Source of the DNA: Woeseiaceae bacterium
Lineage (GTDB): Bacteria > Pseudomonadota > Gammaproteobacteria > Steroidobacterales > Woeseiaceae
Direction of reading: 5' to 3'
Length of the DNA stretch: 33,148 nucleotides
Assembly: GCA_047620565.1 (NCBI GenBank)
Contig: JBLHLN010000001.1
Location: 1-33,148 of the forward strand
Notes under the pieces: generated by a model
What the model was told of the DNA's origin: nothing
The model's database searches: none
The model's input: the letters and a program-made list of their open reading frames with translations, nothing else
Part shown: positions 8,417-17,065 of the stretch, piece by piece
How positions within the stretch are numbered: the stretch's first letter is position 1
Layout: each line of letters starts with the position of its first letter
Translations under genes and position numbers: made by a program

Positions 8417-9715
8417 GTGGCTGAAAAAGATCTCCGGGGAAATCTAAAAGTGAGTATTTTTGATATCGGTGCGTTTCTAATCGGTCTGTCGGCGTTGTTC
8501 GGCTATGTAAATCATCGCTTTCTCAAACTGCCGCATACGATCGGACTCGTGGTGATCGCCCTTGCTGCGTCGCTCGCATTGATACTGATTGAACTACTCA
8601 GCCCAAACACGCAGCTGCTGGAGACAGTAACCGGCGTGCTGCAGCAAATCGATTTTCACGAGGCTGTGATGCACGGCATGCTGAGTTTTCTCTTGTTTGC
8701 CGGCGCCATGCATGTGGATTTCTCGGTTTTCAAATCGCGTTTGCTGGCAATCGGTCTGATGGCGACCCTGGGTATTCTGATTTCCACATTTGTCATTGGT
8801 TGGGCGACCTGGCAATTGCTGAATTATTTCGATATCGAGACGCCATTTATCTGGGCCCTGGTTTTCGGTGCACTAATCAGTCCTACCGATCCTGTCGCTG
8901 TGCTCGGCTTGTTTAAGACGGTTAAAGTACCCGAGTCTCTTGAAGCAAAGATGGCTGGTGAGTCCTTGTTGAACGACGGTGTAGGCGTCGTGGTATTTAC
9001 GGTCGTCGTTGCGATTGCTGTTGGCGGCGGTGAACACGGGGCAGAAATGAATGCGCTCGTAGTGACCGAGCTTTTTTTCCTTGAGGCGGTCGGCGGTGCT
9101 GTCCTCGGTTTGATCGCGGGCTACGCCGGATATCGAGCCATGTACCATATCGACGAACACAACCTTGAAGTGATGATTACGCTCGCCATGGTGATGGTCA
9201 CCTATGCCTTAGCCATTCAGCTACATATGAGCGGTCCGATCGCCATGGTTGTAGCAGGGTTGTTCATTGGCAACCGCGGCATGAAATTCGCGGTCAGCGA
9301 AAAATCGGCAGATTATATTCGCAAGTTCTGGTCATTACTGGATGAGATTCTAAACTCTGTTCTGTTTCTGCTCATTGGACTGGAAGTTCTGATCATCGCC
9401 AAAAAAGTCGACCATCTTGAGGTCGCGATACTCGCAATACCGTTGACGCTCGCCGCGCGCTGGGTGGCGGTGTATATACCAATTACGATTCTTTCGCCTT
9501 GGCGGACGTTCACCAAGGGCGCTATACCTATCCTGACGTGGGGTGGTCTTCGTGGTGGTATAGCGGTTGCGCTGGCACTGTCATTGCCGAATAACGAATA
9601 CAAACCGACTATCCTCACCATTACCTATGCTGTTGTTTTGTTTTCGATCATCGTGCAGGGCCTGACGATCAAGCCGTTGGTGGAACGACTGGTGACCCGG
9701 GGTAGTGTCGAGTAG
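8417..9715 (+). CDS. Cation:proton antiporter (CPA1, NhaP-type Na+/H+ exchanger)
   Basis: The product has 11-12 TM helices. The motif FGALISPTDPVAVL, together with ESLLNDGVGVVVF and LTWGGLRGGIAVALALSLP, is characteristic of NhaP/CPA1 exchangers. The start is GTG at 8417; an alternative GTG lies at about 8450. Confidence 0.8.
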   Translation: MAEKDLRGNLKVSIFDIGAFLIGLSALFGYVNHRFLKLPHTIGLVVIALAASLALILIELLSPNTQLLETVTGVLQQIDFHEAVMHGMLSFLLFAGAMHVDFSVFKSRLLAIGLMATLGILISTFVIGWATWQLLNYFDIETPFIWALVFGALISPTDPVAVLGLFKTVKVPESLEAKMAGESLLNDGVGVVVFTVVVAIAVGGGEHGAEMNALVVTELFFLEAVGGAVLGLIAGYAGYRAMYHIDEHNLEVMITLAMVMVTYALAIQLHMSGPIAMVVAGLFIGNRGMKFAVSEKSADYIRKFWSLLDEILNSVLFLLIGLEVLIIAKKVDHLEVAILAIPLTLAARWVAVYIPITILSPWRTFTKGAIPILTWGGLRGGIAVALALSLPNNEYKPTILTITYAVVLFSIIVQGLTIKPLVERLVTRGSVE

Positions 9716-9739
9716 GACTGAGCTACGCTGATGGCCTGA

Positions 9740-10342
9740 TCAGAATGCGATGCGCAGAAATTCATGCAGGTCATCCCGGGCCATTTTTTGCTGATCCCAG
9801 AGTTGAAACTCCTGCGGGAAAACACCGGACGACTGTAATCGAAGGTCGGTCGCTTCAGCGATCAGCCTGATCTGATCCACGGTAACCTCATAGTAGGCAT
9901 CTACTGCCGATGCGACCGGTTTGAGATATGCGGGCTCACTTAAACCGATGGAATCCGGCGTCCAGCCGATGACATTCAGCGATAGCGGCTCACCATCCGC
10001 AAAAATTAAAATCGACTCAAAGGCATTGCGATGCTCGGAGATTTCGGTAACCCGCATCGTGCTCCAGATTCCGACCCAGAGATAATATCGAAGACTTCCA
10101 ATGCGATTAACCTGGATCGGACCCATATTTACCAGGTTCCTCGCGTAGGCGGCCTTGGCCCAGTTTTCCCGATAGAGAATGAGGGGTGCTTCGACAAATG
10201 TAACAGTCACGCCTGTCAGTGGATCGAGTTTCTCATTGCTGATTGACGGAGACGTTCCGCAGCTGATCAGCCCCAGCAGAAAAAATATTGCTGCGCCTCG
10301 GCAAGCCGATTGGCATGAGAGAAGCAGGTCGCGAGCCGGCAT
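9740..10342 (-). CDS. Lipoprotein of unknown function, last gene of the multihaem operon
   Basis: The lipobox is FFLLGLIS-C-GTSPS. The ATG shares 1 nt with the stop of the upstream gene (TGATG at 10342), implying translational coupling. I recognise no family. Confidence 0.7.
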   Translation of the reverse strand: MPARDLLLSCQSACRGAAIFFLLGLISCGTSPSISNEKLDPLTGVTVTFVEAPLILYRENWAKAAYARNLVNMGPIQVNRIGSLRYYLWVGIWSTMRVTEISEHRNAFESILIFADGEPLSLNVIGWTPDSIGLSEPAYLKPVASAVDAYYEVTVDQIRLIAEATDLRLQSSGVFPQEFQLWDQQKMARDDLHEFLRIAF

Positions 10343-12855
10343 CAGAAAAAAGCCTGGTAACCAAGATTAATAAAGTAGGATTCTCGATCGAGATTTACGA
10401 TATTCGTTTGACGCTCGACAAATTGCTTGCCAACTTCAAGCTCCATGCGAAATTTTCGACTCCATCGTAATTGCATGCGCAGGCCCGGTGTATAGATCCA
10501 TTCGTAGTCTATCTCTCCGAGTCTCTTCCGACGGTCCACGCGCAGTCGCGGATTAATACGGAATTTTTCCCCGAATGGCATACGGGTATCAAGGCTTGCG
10601 GATATGACTTCTGCCGTGTCAGATGTTGAATATCGCAGACCGATAATAGACACATCTCCCTCTTTCAGGAGGCTGCTGGCAGTCAGGTTGGCTGAATAGT
10701 ACTCGTAGCTGGTCTTCTGTGTCGCCTCGACGCCACCTGACGCGGGCGTTCCATCCACGTCAGTCTGATTAACATCTGCACTGATTTGCAGCCTCGGCGT
10801 AAGCGAATGTGAAACGCCAAGAGAAAACGTGGTGGCAATTGAGGTGCGATCGATTCCTAACTGGCGGAGCTCGTCTTCACTGAAAATCACTGCCAACTCG
10901 GCAAAGGAAGCAACTGGTTGCCCGATAATGGCATTGCCCGTGCTCAGGAACGGACTGCGTCGTCGATCCAATGAGCCATGCAGGGTCAGACGATTTGCAA
11001 AACGCCAGCTCCCATGCAAATAGGCGCTGCCAATTTCCTTAAACAACGTGTCGTAATCGAGCATGCCCCAAAGACTCTGATTTGCGCCGAAATAGCGAAA
11101 TTCCGCACCGATAGCCTGTCTATCGTCGATGCCTTCAATATCCTGTTGAACGTAGAACATGCCCAGTTCCAGATCCTCCAGAATGGGACCATAGGTGACG
11201 CTGGCGCCATAGAATTTCCTCTCCGAGTTGATGCCAGCCGAGGATGAATTGACCGGCATGCCCATCACTGCATTCACCAGAACGCGGTCACTGGCCTGGT
11301 AGCCAAGATTGAGTCCGTCGAAGCGTCCCAGGACACCACCGGTATTTCTTGATTGCCTGCCCACCCTGCCGCGCAGTCCTGTTCTGACGTCAGCAAGGTC
11401 GGCGTAGGCGTAGGAGATGCGAACGTCGTTGCCTGATCCGCTTTCAGCGTCCAGGAAATCGCTGCGGTATCCCGCAGAAATTCGGCTGCTGAAGTCAAAG
11501 CGTTGTCCTCGCCGCCTGGCATCGAAATTGACGTCTGAGTAAAGCGCAGACTGGCTGATGATTTCATCCTGCGAATTCATCTGATTGACGTCACGGCGAT
11601 AATACTGCGAAAAATACGTCTGAATTCTCCAATCGCTTTGCGTCGATCTGGAGCTGCCAACCCGGGTGTCGGAAGTGGTCGTAGTACTGCTGGAGCGTCG
11701 ATCGACCGCCAGAAGCGCGGCAAGTCGTTGGTTGACCCGCGTTGCCCCGTCATCGTCAGGGTAAAGAGACAGATACTTTTGATACTCTGCTCTTGCGTGC
11801 GCCTCCTGGCCGTTCTTCTCTCTGCACAAGGCCAACAGTTCCTGTGCCTCCGGGTGCCTATCATGATTAGGCACGCGCAGAACCTTGGTATAAATCTGCA
11901 CCGCTCTTGAGTATTCTTTCGCGACCATGGCAAGTCGGGCGTCATTCATAAGAACGTCAATCTGATCCAGGCCGATCGAAGCAAATACAGTGTTGGCAGC
12001 AGTATCGGTCGGCTCTGTTACAGCCGCATCCGGACGACGTTCTGCGACAGCTGTCGTGCCATCATCAGCCCGGTCAATCCATGCAGTCGGGTACTGGTCG
12101 CGCAGTTTCAGGAGTTCCACCTGGGCCTCGGCAGTACTGTTGAAGTGACCGAGACGCAATCGATACCAGGTTGCGCCCGCCAGAACCACTTCCGTCTCAA
12201 ACACTTCGAGACCGGCCGAAATAGTGATTGCAGACATGTCGGACTCGGCATGCGGCTGGCGGCTGGATGAAAGATTGATTGCGTAGGAAAGTTGCGGCTC
12301 CGGTGGTCTCCTTACTCTTACACCGCTGGCGCCCGACTTCGCCCTGGCTTTGGCGAGCGGCTGCTCGAAGCGCAGTCTGACGGTTATGGTGTTCGAAGTA
12401 CCGCTGTGCAGCACTTCGTATTCGACCGCATCGCCAAATACGAGCGTTAGTATCTGGCCGCCGCTGCTGTTTCCATCGTAGATAATTTCCTGCAAATTTA
12501 TGAGGTCTGCCTGCAGGGGTCGGTATTGTTCGCGTGACTGAGCGGCCAGCGGCGACACACCGTTGCAGATCGTTGTGGCCTCCAGTTGAATGCGCAGCGT
12601 TTCTCCGCGGTCCACCGGGAAATGATCGATGTACTCGACGCCACAAGCCAGTTCTATCGTTACTTCCGCGAGTGCGTTGCCGCGCGTGACCTTGGAGCCG
12701 GTGATAAATCCGGGCGCGGCAAAGCCCCCCGGCGCCAGGCTTACAAGCAGCAAGCAGGCCAGGTACTTTATGAAACGAGAATTGAGAATGCTGAAATCCA
12801 ATGCGTAGCCGCTACCATTCTTTGTCACTGATTCTGTGACAGCCACTCTCAGCAC
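10342..12855 (-). CDS. Outer-membrane-type protein: N-terminal AMIN-like region + SPOR domain + TPR segment + C-terminal beta-barrel
   Basis: Residues are numbered from the GTG at 12855. The signal-like stretch is YLACLLLVSLAPGGFAAPG. A SPOR-like segment spans about aa 188-262 (YAINLSSS...ATWYRLRLGHFNSTAEAQVELLKLRDQYPTAWI). TPR-like helices span about aa 296-385. From about aa 405 there is an alternating-polarity, Y/G/S/D-rich sequence ending ...NLGYQAFF, the aromatic C-terminus typical of BAM substrates. The start is uncertain: GTG at 12855 or TTG at 12801. Confidence 0.7.
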   Translation of the reverse strand: MLRVAVTESVTKNGSGYALDFSILNSRFIKYLACLLLVSLAPGGFAAPGFITGSKVTRGNALAEVTIELACGVEYIDHFPVDRGETLRIQLEATTICNGVSPLAAQSREQYRPLQADLINLQEIIYDGNSSGGQILTLVFGDAVEYEVLHSGTSNTITVRLRFEQPLAKARAKSGASGVRVRRPPEPQLSYAINLSSSRQPHAESDMSAITISAGLEVFETEVVLAGATWYRLRLGHFNSTAEAQVELLKLRDQYPTAWIDRADDGTTAVAERRPDAAVTEPTDTAANTVFASIGLDQIDVLMNDARLAMVAKEYSRAVQIYTKVLRVPNHDRHPEAQELLALCREKNGQEAHARAEYQKYLSLYPDDDGATRVNQRLAALLAVDRRSSSTTTTSDTRVGSSRSTQSDWRIQTYFSQYYRRDVNQMNSQDEIISQSALYSDVNFDARRRGQRFDFSSRISAGYRSDFLDAESGSGNDVRISYAYADLADVRTGLRGRVGRQSRNTGGVLGRFDGLNLGYQASDRVLVNAVMGMPVNSSSAGINSERKFYGASVTYGPILEDLELGMFYVQQDIEGIDDRQAIGAEFRYFGANQSLWGMLDYDTLFKEIGSAYLHGSWRFANRLTLHGSLDRRRSPFLSTGNAIIGQPVASFAELAVIFSEDELRQLGIDRTSIATTFSLGVSHSLTPRLQISADVNQTDVDGTPASGGVEATQKTSYEYYSANLTASSLLKEGDVSIIGLRYSTSDTAEVISASLDTRMPFGEKFRINPRLRVDRRKRLGEIDYEWIYTPGLRMQLRWSRKFRMELEVGKQFVERQTNIVNLDRESYFINLGYQAFF

Positions 12856-15487
12856 AATTCTGGTCGTTGCTCAGACCTCGGTGGTCATCTTCGCCTGCCT
12901 TGTAGTCTCTCGCATGACAACCGGCGCAGTTTGGTCGGTAACCGGGTGACGACCAGTTGACGTTCTCCGAGTTATTCTGGTGGCACTCGGTGCATTGAAA
13001 GTTGCCACGATGGTCTTGCGGTTCATATGGCAACGTAACGTGACGGTAATCGGCCGGTGTCCAGCCATTGGTGATATGGCAGGTATCGCATTGCTGGTTC
13101 GTGGCAAAGTGATTCGTGTTCTGCCCGATCGCCGCAACGCCGTTGTGGCAGGACGTACATGAGCCCAGCACCTGGCTGTGATCAACAGTCAACACAGGCG
13201 CAAACACATTCGTCGTATGGCAGTCTTCACAGATGTTTGTCGTTTGCACGTGCGTCAGATTCTTGCCGGTCGCGTCGGTACCGTTATGACAACTGACACA
13301 GTTGCCAGTGATGTTCGCATGGTCGAAATTCGCGGGCAGCCAGGCAACCGTGCTGTGGCAATCATCACAATTGTTGCCACTGGCAATATGCGTCGGATGT
13401 TTACCTGTCGCTGTGACGCCGTCGTGACAGGAACCACAAGCGCCAAGCACCTGGGTATGATCGACTATCGTCACAGGCACAAATACGTTGGTGTTATGGC
13501 AGTCTTCACAAACATTCGTCGTCTGTGGATGGGCAGGGTTCTTGCCCGTAGCATCTGCGCCGTTGTGGCAATTGACGCAATTTCCGGTAATCGTCGCGTG
13601 GTCAAATGTCGCGGGCAACCAACCGGCCGTGGTGTGACAATCATCACAGGTGTCACCACTCGCGATGTGCGTTGGGTGTTTGCCGATGGCAACAACGCCG
13701 TCATGGCACGAATCACAAGTGCCTATTACCTGCGTGTGATCAACGGTCATTACCGGTGCGAAAATGTTGGTTGTATGACAATCTTCACAGACATTGGAGG
13801 TCTGGATGTGGGTCGGATTCTTGCCGGTGGCATCCGTACCGTTGTGACAACTGACACAATTGCCGGTGATGTTCAGGTGATCGAAATTGGCGGGTAACCA
13901 GCCAACCGTGCTGTGGCAGTCATCGCAATTGCTGCCGCTGTCAATATGGGTCGGATTCTTGCCTGTTGCGGTGACACCATCGTGACAGGCGCTGCACGAA
14001 CCAATAACCTGGTTGTGGTCAACGGTTATCACCGGTGCAAAGACGTTACTGCTGTGACAGTCCTCGCAAACGTCTGTCGTTTGTACGTGTGTTGGATTCT
14101 TGCCGGTGGCATCTGTGCCGTTATGGCAGCTGACACAATTACCGATGATATTCGCATGGTCGAAATTTGCGGGCAACCAGGCAACCGTGCTGTGGCAATT
14201 GTCACAGGTGTTGCCACTGGCAATATGCGTGGGGTGTTTGCCGGTGGCATCTGTGCCGTTGTGGCAGGAACCGCAACTTCCCAGGACCTGGGTGTGATCC
14301 ACGGTTACTGCAGGCACAAACATATTCGTGCTGTGGCAGTCTTCGCAAACATTGGTCGTTTGCACGTGCGTCGGGCCTCTGCCGATGGCGTCCGTACCGT
14401 TATGGCATGAGCCGCAGGTTCCCAGCACCTGCGTGTGATCAACGGTCGATACTGGAGCAAATGCAACTGTTGAATGACAGTCTTCGCAAACATTCGTTGT
14501 TTGCACATGCATCGGATTCTTGCCCGTCGCGTCTGTGCCGTTATGGCAGCTACTGCAATTGTCCGTAATGTTCGCATGATCAAACTTGGCAGGTAGCCAG
14601 CCAACCGTCGTATGACAATCGTCGCAAGTGTCGCCGCTGGCAATATGCGTGGCATGCTTGCCGGTGGCAATAACGCCATCGTGGCAGGAGCCGCAACTGC
14701 CAATTACCTGCGTATGATCTACGTTAGTTGGCGGCACCCAAATCGTGGGGCTATGGCAGTCCTCGCAGATATTGGTCGACTGAATATGAGTTGCATCTTT
14801 GCCGGTCGCCTCGATGCCGTTATGGCAGCTGACGCAATTGCCGAGAATATTTACATGATCAAAATTCGCCGGTACCCAGCCAAAAGTCGTATGGCAATTG
14901 TCGCAGGTGTCGCCGCTGGTAATGTGCGTTGCGTTCTTGCCAGTAGCGCTGACGCCATTGTGGCAACCAACGCAGTTACCAACGACTCCACTATGGTCGA
15001 ATACGGCCGGTAACCAGCCGGTCGTACTGTGGCAATCGTCACACTGATCGCCGGAGGAGATGTGGCCTGGAGTTTTTCCAGTCGCCTGAAAGCCGTTATG
15101 GCAGCCAAAACAACTCCCCGTGAGTGATGAATGGTCAACAAACGCCACCGGAACCCACGACGACGTTGTGTGACAGTCCGAGCAGATACCGTTCGTTGCT
15201 ATGTGATCTGGAGATTTCGCAGACGCGCGAACGAGCCCACCGGGAGAGTGACAGTTTACGCATGCCTGCTGCGTCGTACCGAATGTCGCGCTAACGTGAC
15301 ACCCTTCACAGGTCACATTGGCATGAGCGCCATCAAGTACAAAACCGGTGCTGAAATGATCAAAGGGCTGCTGCGCAAAAGCATTTGATTGCAACAACAA
15401 CATGCCCAATAGTGCGATCACGAGCAGACCGATCCAATAATGTGTGCTGTCCTTAGCACCCCTTGCAAAACGCTTCGAGAATTTCAT
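12812..15487 (-). CDS. Giant multihaem c-type cytochrome (35 CxxCH + 1 CxxxxCH), paired-CXXCH repeat type
   Basis: I count 35 CxxCH motifs plus NCAESGCH in the translation. The signal is MKFSKRFARGAKDSTHYWIGLLVIALLGMLLLQSNAFA-QQ. The preferred ATG at 15487 forms an ATGA overlap with the upstream stop (15484-15486). Each ~23-24-aa unit carries exactly one further His, consistent with bis-His ligation. Confidence 0.9.
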   Translation of the reverse strand: MKFSKRFARGAKDSTHYWIGLLVIALLGMLLLQSNAFAQQPFDHFSTGFVLDGAHANVTCEGCHVSATFGTTQQACVNCHSPGGLVRASAKSPDHIATNGICSDCHTTSSWVPVAFVDHSSLTGSCFGCHNGFQATGKTPGHISSGDQCDDCHSTTGWLPAVFDHSGVVGNCVGCHNGVSATGKNATHITSGDTCDNCHTTFGWVPANFDHVNILGNCVSCHNGIEATGKDATHIQSTNICEDCHSPTIWVPPTNVDHTQVIGSCGSCHDGVIATGKHATHIASGDTCDDCHTTVGWLPAKFDHANITDNCSSCHNGTDATGKNPMHVQTTNVCEDCHSTVAFAPVSTVDHTQVLGTCGSCHNGTDAIGRGPTHVQTTNVCEDCHSTNMFVPAVTVDHTQVLGSCGSCHNGTDATGKHPTHIASGNTCDNCHSTVAWLPANFDHANIIGNCVSCHNGTDATGKNPTHVQTTDVCEDCHSSNVFAPVITVDHNQVIGSCSACHDGVTATGKNPTHIDSGSNCDDCHSTVGWLPANFDHLNITGNCVSCHNGTDATGKNPTHIQTSNVCEDCHTTNIFAPVMTVDHTQVIGTCDSCHDGVVAIGKHPTHIASGDTCDDCHTTAGWLPATFDHATITGNCVNCHNGADATGKNPAHPQTTNVCEDCHNTNVFVPVTIVDHTQVLGACGSCHDGVTATGKHPTHIASGNNCDDCHSTVAWLPANFDHANITGNCVSCHNGTDATGKNLTHVQTTNICEDCHTTNVFAPVLTVDHSQVLGSCTSCHNGVAAIGQNTNHFATNQQCDTCHITNGWTPADYRHVTLPYEPQDHRGNFQCTECHQNNSENVNWSSPGYRPNCAGCHARDYKAGEDDHRGLSNDQNCAESGCHRISDKEW

Positions 15488-17052
15488 TGCAATGACCTCA
15501 CTTCCGTGAAGGAATTTTCTGTGTGGCAACGGCTACAATCCTGGCCAAATTCACTATCGTGGACATCGTCAGCGCGATGACAATCCACGCAGCTGCTACC
15601 TAGCCTGTGCATCGATGCCAGGGAGGTTCGATGGCAGTCGTCACACGCAACCTCTACATGTGCGCCTTCGAGTATGAATTCTGTACGAGTGTCGTGATCG
15701 AACAGCCACAAGTCCCAGGCGACCGGGTTATGACAATCGCCACATTGTTCCTCAAAGCGGTTTTCGTGGACATCGTCTTCCAGGTGGCAATCGATACATT
15801 GATTATTTGTGCCAACAAACACCTGGCTTTCATGGCAGGAGTCGCACTCGAGGTTGTCGTGTTCACCAAGCAGCGGGAATTTCGTAATGTCGTGATCAAA
15901 AAATGGTGCTTCCTGCCAGCTCTCTTCCGTGTGGCAATCATTACACTGATCGCCCTGCTTGCCGCCGTGCGGCTCGTCCTCCAGGTGGCAGGAGGCACAG
16001 AATGTTTCAGGCGATGTGTCAAAAATCGGTTCAACGTGACAGTCGACACACGCGACCGTTTCGTGAGATCCGTGCAATTCGAAATCGGTGTCGATGTTGT
16101 GCAGGAAGTGTATGTCCGGCCACTTGTCGTTGGTATGGCAACCTGCACAGTCGGTGCCGTTATGGCCATCGTGGTCATCATCGTCCACGTGGCATCCTGC
16201 GCAAGTCGTATCGAGCTCATCAGCAAACGGATCGTCACTGTGGCAATCATCGCAGATCAGCAGCGTGTGACTGCCCTCGAGCAGGAAGTCGGTATCGCGC
16301 GCATGGTCGAAGCTGGTGTCAGTCCAGTCAACCGGGTTATGACATTTTTCGCATTGCTCACCGCTGCGACCGTCGTGAGCGTCATCAGCTGCGTGACAGC
16401 CGAAGCATGTGTCCTCCGTGAAGGCGAAAGACTTGTCCTCGTGACAGTCGCCACAGGCTACGTCAACGTGATTGCCAACCAATGGATAGTCAGTTGTGTC
16501 ATGGTCAAAAGTGACCTCGAGCCAGTCCGTTTCGTTGTGACAGCCCGCGCATTCCGTACCAATACTCTCATCGTGAATGTTGTCCTCACGATGGCAATCG
16601 ATGCATTCTTGTGGCGCGTCGCGACGCTTGTCCGATGGCTCATGGCATCCGGCGCACTCGGCTTCGGCATGTTTGCCGACTAGTTCGTAGTCAGTAAATG
16701 CATGATCGAAATCCGACTCATCCAGTACGATGATGTTGGCGTTCCGTCCTTCGTGATCTGTATGGCAAGAGAAACATTCAGCGGAGCTTGCCTCGGCGAA
16801 TTTGCCGTGAAATCCCGATTCACTATTGATGTCGCCTTTAACATCTTCGTGACAGTCGGCACAAAGCGTGGATTGCTCCGCGCGATCAAAGCGCTTGTGA
16901 CAGGAGGTGCAATCCGCCTCCAGTTCCGCATGCCCCAGGATGAGTTCCCCGGGCATTACGAGGGATTCGACGTTCTGAGCGACAGATGGCTGGCTATGAA
17001 TGCAGGCCATCATGATCAATGCTCCAGTTAGTACGAATGTCCATCGTTTCAT
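15484..17052 (-). CDS. 21-haem c-type cytochrome built from seven trihaem (cytochrome c7/c3-like) modules
   Basis: There are 21 CxxCH motifs with a repeating spacing pattern of C..CH-(11-13)-C..CH-(13)-C..CH-(~27-29). Each module also has three extra conserved His (FDH, G.H, D.H). The preferred ATG at 17052 gives MKRWTFVLTGALIMMACIHSQPSVAQ, which is a signal peptide or a possible atypical lipobox MMAC. Confidence 0.9.
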   Translation of the reverse strand: MKRWTFVLTGALIMMACIHSQPSVAQNVESLVMPGELILGHAELEADCTSCHKRFDRAEQSTLCADCHEDVKGDINSESGFHGKFAEASSAECFSCHTDHEGRNANIIVLDESDFDHAFTDYELVGKHAEAECAGCHEPSDKRRDAPQECIDCHREDNIHDESIGTECAGCHNETDWLEVTFDHDTTDYPLVGNHVDVACGDCHEDKSFAFTEDTCFGCHAADDAHDGRSGEQCEKCHNPVDWTDTSFDHARDTDFLLEGSHTLLICDDCHSDDPFADELDTTCAGCHVDDDDHDGHNGTDCAGCHTNDKWPDIHFLHNIDTDFELHGSHETVACVDCHVEPIFDTSPETFCASCHLEDEPHGGKQGDQCNDCHTEESWQEAPFFDHDITKFPLLGEHDNLECDSCHESQVFVGTNNQCIDCHLEDDVHENRFEEQCGDCHNPVAWDLWLFDHDTRTEFILEGAHVEVACDDCHRTSLASMHRLGSSCVDCHRADDVHDSEFGQDCSRCHTENSFTEVRSLQ

Positions 17053-17065
17053 CCCGTTAAACCAA

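Noticed and set aside
13178-16683. Long plus-strand ORFs antisense to the two cytochrome genes: 13178-13897 (239 aa), 13913-14410 (165 aa), 14612-15013 (133 aa) and 15607-16683 (358 aa).
   Set aside because: They are by-products of the repetitive, Cys/His/Asp/Thr-codon-rich sense frame, which suppresses stop codons on the opposite strand. Their translations are low-complexity (V/A/R/I-rich) with no motifs. The minus-strand frames, in contrast, carry dozens of perfectly periodic CxxCH motifs.
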